Assembly: GCA_009103225.1 (NCBI GenBank) | Contig: RHPI01000638.1 | Location: 124,001 to 188,000, forward strand | Length of the DNA: 64,000 nucleotides | Direction of reading: 5' to 3' | DNA from: Chlorokybus atmophyticus | Lineage: Eukaryota; Plantae; Mesostigma and Chlorokybus algae | The notes under the pieces: generated by a model | What the model was told of the DNA's origin: nothing | Seen by the model: only the letters and a program-made list of their open reading frames with translations | The model's database searches: none | Part shown: positions 54,790-64,000 of the stretch, in pieces | Position numbering within the stretch: position 1 is the first letter of the stretch | Layout of the letters: each line of letters starts with the position of its first letter | Position numbers and translations under genes: made by a program

Positions 54790-56932
54790 CTATAGCTCCT
54801 TGCGCCGCTCACGATCTTTAAGCAACTCATCAAACTTTTGCAATTCACGCTTGGTCAACTCCACATTATCATCATACTCTTCTTGAGGCTCGTCCTAAAC
54901 GACACACAACCAAGACTCAATCGCACAGACCCTCAAAGTGTGCATCAACAAGAGACCACCTGCTGCTGACGTAAACCACATGCATGTGTGTTGATGTACA
55001 CCCACCTCAACTTGGTCCCTTGCCTTCCGCTCCTGTGTGCGGGTGGTCGCACTGCACAAGGACAAGGCACACAACACCGAATGAGGTACACAAATGCACC
55101 GCCATATGTGGCAGCATACTATCATTGGCAACATTGTTTACATTCTGCGTGTGGTTTTGCGAAAGCCTGGTATTAGAGGTTTTTCCAATGGTTCTTGAAC
55201 GGCTTTTCGCTCAATCTGCGTGAAACACAGATGCATGCACTCAACAACAAGATTTGCGCATGCCTATAGACAAGATGGTCTTGATAGCAACCAACCTGCA
55301 CATGAATGATGCCAAGCACCAGACTGAGAAGAAACAACTCTGACTTGTCACCAACCAACCCAAAGAGACCGCCCCTGCGCGTGTACACCACAGGCTTTAC
55401 TCAACCAACACCAGCATTGGTGCCAAAATGTATGTATCACAGAGTTCAGACTTTCTCGAGCGCTACTCACTTGAAGAATGGCAAAGCGTATACCAAGGCG
55501 TACAGCCAGTATCTGTACTTGCTCGTTTCCAAAGCTGGCAACACCCACGCCTGTGTGTGACGGCCGGATTAAGCATGTGCGCAGTGATTGTCTCTGTGCC
55601 AGTATCTAGGCAAAATACACATGCATGCGTAGATATGCGCGTGCACGCGCGTGCGTGCATGCGTGTGCATGTGTATATGTGCCTTATGTGTGTGTCACTG
55701 TCGTACGCAATGTTTTGAATACAAGTGAATGCATGTGCCTGATGTACTTGAGTGCCGGCACAGCAACAATTCAATTCAATTTCGTATCTGTACGCAAGCG
55801 TACCAAGAAGTTGAAATACGGTATGATGCTGATGACCGTCATAACACCAAAAGCGGTCCCTTGCCTGCTGCGCTCCGGGCCATTCACTGCAGATTCCTGT
55901 GTGTGACTAAAGCTCATCAACACACCGAAAGAACAGAGTCACACTACTGAGTGTGTGTGTTCAACTATGCACACTACCATCACACTCACCTTCTCATCCG
56001 GTGGCTCAGGCAAGCCCGCAGCATACAGCGCCAACGATGATGCCGAGGACAGCGCTGTGATTGCGAGAATGGCCACATCAGCCTGGTCGAGCGATGCGCG
56101 TGTGATGGTCAAGTTGTTGGCGCGCCTCCGCACCTGCAAGGGGTGAGCAAAACTGCAAACATTGGCGTGCATGTGCGTAAACTGTGAATTAGCAGTGCTG
56201 AGCGCAGGTGCCTTTCACGACTGATTGGAAAGGTGTTGAAAGAAGTTGATTTGCCAAAACACAACAGCGAATGTGCCTACGCAGAGTCATTGAGTAGCTA
56301 ACAGACTCAGTCGGGGAGTAGCTAACAGTAAACAATGTGAAGATATGTAGATCAACAACGCATGCAGGTTTTGCATGCAAAGTGGCCATGGTATGCCTGA
56401 CAAACTGTAGGCAGCTAACATGCGTCAACAACTTATCCTCAAGGCCTGACTCTGATCGGATATGACTGCAACTGCATGTTGAGAAATTGACATACGCAAG
56501 CATGCAGGCCTACAAGCTTGCATGCACACCAGACTGTGCTGTCAGAACTAGCGCATTACGCACTTACCCTAGAATATCCAGCTCCACGTGCCGGCCTCCA
56601 ACACTGGGCCTTTATTGCAACCAGCGGCGGCACTGAGCAACAGCAACCAAGCTGCTTTCATTACGAGGTAGATCACACGAAGCATGCAGCCAGCTTCGCA
56701 TACTTCGCATACACACTCAACTATTAACATGTTAGAGTGCGTCGTCTCTACCTCGCGCCCCAGACTTGCAACAGCATGGCACCATCACCATCAACCACCA
56801 TCACCATCGGGACCCCTTACCTCGCCGCCCCTGTCTCCTGCAGCAGCTAGAAGAACGTCCACCATATGTCCGAGGCACAGCCCGAGATCCGCTCGCCACC
56901 GCCCACGCCGCCGCCGCCGCCGCCGCCGCCAT
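54790..56932 (-). CDS. Uncharacterised plant-type (probably plastid) membrane protein, resembling from memory Arabidopsis At5g41960-like proteins
   Basis: Transit-peptide-like start (MAAAAAAAAWAVASGSR...). Exons GVMTVISIIPYFNFL / AWVLPALETSKYRYWLYALVYALPFF / ...LSLVLGIIHVQ / IERKA... / ...TKRELQKFDELLKDRERRKEL*. Phase-consistent. Confidence 0.7.
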
Positions 56933-57709
56933 GGCCACGCACCTGCAGAAATCTGCCCCAAAATGCACGCAACATCTGCTTTGGACGCACCAATGCGTTT
57001 TTACATAGGCCCTTTCCTACGTGGCAAAAGTGGCAATTGTCTATAAGCATACAGCACTGGGATCCTATGCCTATATCGCCAGAAGGCATATCTTATGATT
57101 CGGCTTAGGGTACTAGAATATTCAGCACAGGCCTTGAGGATATATTGAGCGGCGGCGACCGGAGCGGCGGGAGTGGCGGCGGTGTCCGTGTGGTTGGCGG
57201 CGGTGGCAGGAGGCGCAAGGATGTGGGTTCTTATGGGAGCTTGCTTGCGAAGTTGATGTGAGCTCAGCTAGCGCGAGCACGAGTCTTAACAGGTGGGTTG
57301 GGCGGTCCTGCCGTCTGGTGGCTTGCGCCAGTGCTTGGTTGCTGCTCCTGCTGTTCCTCCTGTTTAACTTTGTTGTTGTGGTACTATTCACAAGCTTCGG
57401 TTGCAGCCTCAGTACCATGTTCATTCATTCAGCGTGCCTTGTATTGTTGGTTCATGCAGTCTATCTCCCAGTAGTGATCGTACTACAGACAAGTGCGCTA
57501 CATTTGTGCAATGACGGAGTGACGGTATGGCTGTTTACCGGTGATTGTGGTTTACTATGCATTCTGTTGGCAATCTAGTCATCAATCTTTTTGCTTGGCG
57601 CCACCTGACAAAGCCGCGCACGCTTCTTGTTCGCACACTTAAGCACAGATGTTTGTTCAGACATTCTGCGTAAGCGCAAGTATTGCCACACAGAGTGATG
57701 TGTGGCAGG

Positions 57710-60219
57710 ATGGCCGCCAGTTGTCGCGGACCTGCCTTGTCTTCACTGAATCCGACCGCAGCAGCAGTTTATCTTCGCTCGCAACCTGCAGGACCTTCGT
57801 GTCGGACGTATGACCGTGTTGACTACGCGCGTGGCAATGCACCTTTTGCACCCAGGAGCAGAAAGAGAAGGTACACTTTTCTGCCGTGCATTGTCTGTGA
57901 TTGCATCTTGTGGCCACATCATTTGGGCTTTGAGCAAGTTGAATACACATCACAAAGGAATATAACACGGATGCGGCAGGAACAGAAAACCTGCTTTTGT
58001 GACAGTGTTTCAGCTGAAGCCACTTGCCTAGATTGATATTGAACTTGGCATCGATAATAGCAACGCATCTTAAGCACTATCTGCTGTTGTTTGCAATCTG
58101 GCAAGTCCATCAGGAATATGTTGTGGGTATCATCAAAACTAATCTCCTGCATTGTTGCACCTCTTTGCACAGCATGACCAACTGTTTGTTTGCAAACCAG
58201 GTCGCATCGCTTGGCCAGAAGCCTAGCGCTGTGTCTGCCAGTCCATGCTATATCCCATGCAGACGCAGACGCAGCACTTGCAAACTCATTTGATGGTGAT
58301 ACTGGCGGCGGCTTGGAGACAACATACGGCGATTGGGCTGTCACGCTTGAGGACGGCAGCAATGCAGGGGCAAGCACTCATGTAGTTGATGACGACGGTG
58401 CAAGTAACATCGCGAGCAGCGATGGCAACGACGTGCAAATCGACACAGAGACAAATAATAATGACACCGGTCACAACGACTTGCTGCGGTTGGCCACGCA
58501 GAGCGGCAGCACATCGATACAACGCGTGAGGGTGTCCAAACGGGCCGATCCGCTCTATCAGCTCGGCCTATCGCACCTACAGCAGAAGAAGCTTCGCAAT
58601 GAGGAGGAAGAGGACGTGGCCGCTGCGAAGGTTGCAAGCAAGGATGCTGTGCAGACGAGGCGTTTCCGCCTGATTGCGCAGCGCCTTGCCCTGGCGGCGT
58701 TTATCATTGGGCTCTTCATGATTGCAGCGGGTCCATCCAAAGCTCTCGCCAGCAGTTGGTTGCATAAGGTACACCATCAAGTCTTGCGGCCATCAAGTGC
58801 ACGCACGCACGCATCAGTACGCACGCATACACTCAACACGCACTTTGCGCGTGCGCACACGCACCTTGCATGCTAGCACGTTTATCCCGCTGATATATTG
58901 AATCATGGTCTGTGTTTCAGCTAAGAGAAGGTTCAGAGCCATCTCCAGCTTTGCCATCACCATCACCGTCAGACATCCCGGCATACCGCTTGAGGCTGTT
59001 TGGTAGGGACTGGATGTTGGCAGACTCCACGCCAGGTTGGGTATACTTTGCTCTGCTGATGGCAGCAGGGTGCGGCCTATTCGTGAGCGAGGAGGCGCTG
59101 AACGTGTGGGTGGGTGGTTCGCTTGGCCGGAGTATTGCCTCTGTTGCCCAAGACGGGTCTTTGTCCAGCATGACCTCTGCAGCGCTGGCTCACGCCCCTC
59201 GGTTGCTGGGTGTAATCAGTTGGGTCTACTGGGGTGTCACCATCAGCGACATGGTGCCTTTTTATGCTGGACGCATCGCTGCAAGCAGGGGAGAACAGCT
59301 GGCTAACAAGGCAAGTGGACCAAATGTTGAAGTAGTTGAGATTGGCTGGAGTCTGCAGCTGGCCATGTTCATCAGTCAAGCTGTTCTTGTCAGAAAACAT
59401 GTCTCAACTGTTACTGTTGCGCTATTGCTGTATGCCTGGTTGAGAGAATAGCTGCTGTATTAAGCATCAAGTGTCATCATCAGGCCACCACCGAACCGTC
59501 GCACAATAAGTACTGCAGATTCTGTTAACATCAGTGAACTTTACATTTGTGCATGGAGGGGGTGTAATTAGCTGTTTGGTCGTCATTGCCAAGAGTGTTC
59601 TTGAGAGCCTGCATTTGTCACGTGCAATGCGGCTCTTCACTCTCTTGTGCTTGGTTCAGATGAGTAGCAAGAATAAAGCCATGGGGGAGCGCGTTTTGGC
59701 CACAGTGCGGCGCTATGGCGACCGAGTGGGTTTTGTGGAGAGGTTTTCGCTTGGCATTCGCAACCCAGTTGGCTTTCTGGCTGGACTGTCCGGCGTGCCG
59801 CCTGCAAAATACTTCCTGGGAGTCTGCCTGGGCGCTTGCTTCACCCTTCCAGCGCAGGTGAGTTGAGCCCAGATATCTGCTGCATGCTGTTTGGTCCAAG
59901 TGCGCTTGCACACGCACAACATGTGTATCATCTTTTTTCTTGTACTGCAGCTTGCTGTAGGCTTCGCTCTCAGACAGCGGCCAGTTGCAGCGCTCGCGGG
60001 TGTTGCAGCTTTTGTGGTAAGCAGTTCACACTTCTTGTTGTTCTGCATGGAAGTTCTTTGCTGAAGTTCTTACATGAGGAACAACTGCCTTGACAGGGTG
60101 CCTGGAGTATTATGCCATATGCCACAGCCGCCATAGCTGCAGCCTTGTACTATCTTAAGCAAGCTGGCAGTGGCAGTGGCAGTGCGGACCCTTCCAGCGG
60201 CGTGGTTGCTAGCGGGTGA
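57710..60219 (+). CDS. DedA/SNARE-associated (VTT-domain) membrane protein with a putative plastid transit peptide
   Basis: GLFVSEEAL; WVYWGVTISDMVPFYAGR; VRRYGDRVGFVERFSLGIRNPVGFLAGLSGVPPAKYFLGVCLGACFTLP, containing the DedA 'R..YG....F..RF..G.R' motif. Confidence 0.85.
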
Positions 60220-61002
60220 TACTGTGACAATGCAACCGGATGTATGCATGGAAATTGTGTAAAGCTTCTCTAGATTTGGTTATTTATTTATTTGTACAGT
60301 GAGGGCTTCAATTATTGGTTGGTAGAGTAGCTTACGATTGTAGATATTGGTGTACATGGATTTTGGATATCACACATAACATGGGATGGCTTCTGGGCAA
60401 GCGCCGAAATCATCCTGCCCTCAACTCAGTAAGCACGTAGGCCGCTACTTTGACAGGCGCGCGAAACCCTTGGCGCAGATTCTCAAGCTAGATAGGCGAA
60501 AGTTGGCCAGCAACACGCCTTGCACACAACCTGGTTAGGAGTGTGGAGCAGGCTCATTCACCGTGTCTGTGTGCAGGCTGTCTGTTACCCCCGCTTGTTG
60601 CTACGTGAAGTGTCATGACGCTGGAGGTTGGTTGTGTAAAGCTGTAAGGTGCACGTGTGTATGCAAACCAACCCGCAAGCGGACATTGACGACAGCACTC
60701 AGACATGATTTGAGTGTTTGTGCTTGCATATTCAGACTAACTCAGTCCATGTGCAAAATTCATACAAGAAGGCGCACCTTTTTATTGATCATGTAGGCAG
60801 CACGTAGGCCCATCTGACCATACCAAACAGCAGAACTCTAATCTTTCACGCAATTGCAAGTTACCAGTGGTCCGTCACAGTATGATGTGCAGTGACAACA
60901 ACAATGTGCCTGAATCGTGCTACAGACACCAACGGCAACATGTGCACCAAATGCTAGTGAGGCCACCCAGGGAGGCCCTTCAAAGGGAGGGGCTAATTGC
61001 CT

Positions 61003-64000
61003 CTAATGGCTCTCCAACCACTCCTGTGCATTCTGAAACATCTTCAACCACGGACTGGGTCCCTTGCGATCGAAGCTCCACTCCGCTGGAGCCCAAGGAA
61101 ACTGCACAGCAATGCGAATGAGCCCAAAAGGTGGCAAACCAGAGGTAGTTTATGAAGGGTGGTGGCTGATGAAGTCACACGGGTGGGGTTTTGCCGGAAC
61201 AAGGTCGAAACAGCCAATATTCTATACGAGCTGACAAGTAAAGGGCAGCAACTATTACCTGCCACATAAGGAAACATCTCTCTGGATGAGGCATGATTGC
61301 GAGGTGGCGACCATCTTCTGAACACAGAGCGGCAATGCCCAATGGAGAACCATTGGGGTTGAATGGGTAGTTTTCAGTAACTTGCCCGTCATCACTGCAG
61401 TACCGCACAGGGGCAAGGCCCTGGTCCAACACCTGCAGGAAGAAGGTGCGGAAACAGTGAATCTAAGGATCTGTACCTGACGCAAGTGTCCGTGCATGCA
61501 TCATACACGACAGCCAGAGGGAGCACACATTACCTTCGACATGATGCGCTCATCTGGAAACAGCGCCCTGCCCTCACCATGTGCAACCCAGATACCGAGC
61601 GTGGAGCCTTCCAACCCGGAAAGCATGATGGAAGGGGACTTCTGTATGGTGACCGATGTAAAGCGGCATTCAAATCGACCAGACGCATTGTGCACAAAGC
61701 GAGGCTGGTTGACATCCGCAATCTCTCCGGGCCTACCACCTGCAACAGACAATGTGATCAGCCACCAGACAGCAAGGCGTGCAGAGCGAAGATATGACTG
61801 TACTGAAGGGACAACAGAGGAAGGCTGTAATACCTGGCACCCAGCCAAGCAAGGCCATCAACTGGCAGCCATTGCAGACGCCCAGGCTGAATGTGTCAGG
61901 CCTGTTGTAAAACTCCTGGAATTGAGCCAACACGGAGTCATTGAACTTGATTGTTGCAGCCCAGCCCTTGGCCGAGTCCAAGACATCCGCATAGCTGAAG
62001 CCGCCGGCAAAGACCACCCCGCGAAACTGCTGCAATGTTATACGCCCCTCGAGAAGATCAGACATGGTAACGTCCCATGGCTCCATCCCCGCAGCATGAA
62101 AAGCGCTGGCCATTTCACGGTCCCCGTTCACGCCCTCTTCGCGTATGATGGCAACCTTGTGCTTGGCAGCAGAGGCCATCGCGGACGGCGACGTCGCCTT
62201 GGGTGTGAACGGCACCTGCCAAATGGGACCTAAACACAGCGCAACTTAGCAGTCAACACTCTTTTTTTTGTTGTTGCAAGTGTTGAGAACGTGTCGTTGT
62301 GTACGCTTGATGTTGCAAGCTGGTAACCTACTTTGCCGGAGTTGGAGTCCTTGCTGCTCAGCGGCCACACAACCTGCTTCAGACTGCAACTTCTCCAGCT
62401 CAAAACTGGTTTTCTCCCATGCATCCCGTAGCTTGGGCATATCTTCCTATTATCCAACAACTCCACTGCATAAGCATTGTGAAGCAGATCACTCCAAGAG
62501 TCCCACAACCTAACGAGATATAATTACCTGAATCACGACAGCGCCTCCAACAGAGATCTCAATGACTGGTGTTGAGGTCGCAATGCCCAGAACTGAGCAT
62601 GGTACCTCTGCCTCCCTGAAAGCCGTCAGCACAGCATCCTCATTGCTTCTGGAAACCTGCACAGTACACACATCATCCATCAGCTAACTACTTAAGTAAA
62701 AAGGACGCAGTCTTTAAGGCTAGTGCAACCTTGCCAACCTCAAGTACGTATCCCAGCTCTTCTGCAAACAAAGTGCGCAGGACAGAATCACCAGAGCCAT
62801 CAGCATGGTTTGTGGCTTCTGGTACTTCCACACGCAGTCCACAGTTGCCAGCAAACGCCATCTCTGCAAGAGCTACTGCAAGACCGCCATCACTAACATC
62901 ATGACCAGCAGATATTTTGCGATCCGCGATCAGAGTCTGTACCACAAGAGTATGCGTTAAGGCCAAACAGAGTTTTGCAAACAAAGTAACTCGCGTCAAC
63001 AAGGTGCTCACCTGCATTGTCTCAAACGCACGCTTGAACATCTGAACATCATCCATGTCCGGGCTAGTATCCCCCAGCTGCGACACAGCAGGAGTAAATT
63101 GAATGACTGGCCCGATGCCAAGAACACACAAGCTACCAACAAACCTGCTGATAGACTTGGGCTAAGGAAGAGGCACCAAGCCGGCGACGCCCTGCAGCCA
63201 AGTCGATATGAAGCAGCACGCCATTGTCTCTCAACTTCAAGTCGGGTGTGACGGTCAGGGTAATGTCAGGGCAGGTGACGTAGGAGCTGATGACAAGATT
63301 GCCGGGTGCCATCACGGTTTCGCCTCCAGCCTGAAAACCAAACAGCCAAGCGATACGTTCCATGGTCGGTTCAAGTCCAGACAGCCTCTCCAGACAGGCA
63401 ACTATGTTGCAGGATTTCGAAACCAACCTGTGCTGCCATGGACAAGGAGTCTTTGCCGCCATCAATAGCAACACCCAGCGTAATCATAGCTTCCTTTAAC
63501 GCAATGGCAGCATCATACATGGCAGCGCCTTCTCCGCCAAGCTTGGCAGCATACATCCAGTTACCGCTTGCCTTGACATCTTTCAGAGCAGTTATCTGCA
63601 CGTACGACACCAACATAAGACGCATTGATGCCCTACTGCTCACACAGTTTGAAAGGATGTCAACGCGAGCATGATGCAACGGCTGCATACCTTTGCCCAC
63701 ACCAGATTGGTGAGAGACTCTCCAAGGGCCATGCGCGCCATAGCAGATGAATCTAACAGGCCATTGATAGGCTGCTCGCCAATGGAGATCGCTGCACCGG
63801 TTGTGCCTAGATGGCTTTGCGCTATGACAGCAACATCTGCAAGTGGCAGCTGTAGGGGACCAACTGTCTGTTGCTGTGCAACAAGGCCTGTCACGCACCG
63901 ATCAACCTGCAAAGCATTGTGCTTAGCTACATGCAAGTCACACAACAATAGCCTATGTAACCTCATCATAAGCACACCTTGGTAGTCAAGAAACGCTTGG
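61003..64000 (-). CDS. PFAS: Phosphoribosylformylglycinamidine synthase (large single-chain PurL), 3' portion; 5' part lies outside the window
   Basis: DRCVTGLVAQQQTVGPLQLPLADVAV; GEQPI; GNWMYAAKL; IDGGKDSLSM; SAGHDVSDGGL; VAIIREEGVNGDREM; FAGGFSYADVLDSAKGWA; LGVCNGCQLM; GRFECRF; WVAHGEGR; YPFNPNGS; MPHPER; PSPWLKMFQNA..WL*. Confidence 0.97.

Overview
Eukaryotic, intron-rich nuclear DNA, most likely from a flagellated green alga (inference: plant-type FGAM synthase and CFA synthase, transit-peptide-like N-termini, ciliary WDR92). The window has three zones. (1) About 0.6-16 kb is a decayed transposon island. It holds a spliced Plavaka-family transposase (9496-12645, -), an OTU-protease gene, a Zn-finger/Tudor gene overlapping a C5-DNA-methyltransferase-like C-terminal motif, a ~460-bp inverted duplication, two palindromic GTAC-rich motif clusters and a Cut8/Sts1-like gene. 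Most of these frames are broken by single stops one C->T step from a sense codon. (2) About 16-48.7 kb holds host genes: an orphan multi-exon gene head-to-head with a CENP-I/Mis6 homologue, a bacterial-type UvrD/PcrA helicase, a head-to-head pair (FAD-oxidoreductase/CFA-synthase fusion plus a bacterial-type acyl-lipid desaturase) that mirrors a known bacterial lipid-modification operon, and WDR92. (3) An AT-rich spacer (49-54 kb) with a small hairpin-bearing direct-repeat element, then a plant-type membrane protein gene, a DedA-family gene and the 3' part of FGAM synthase. Gene models were spliced by eye and family calls come from remembered motifs; no database searches were run.
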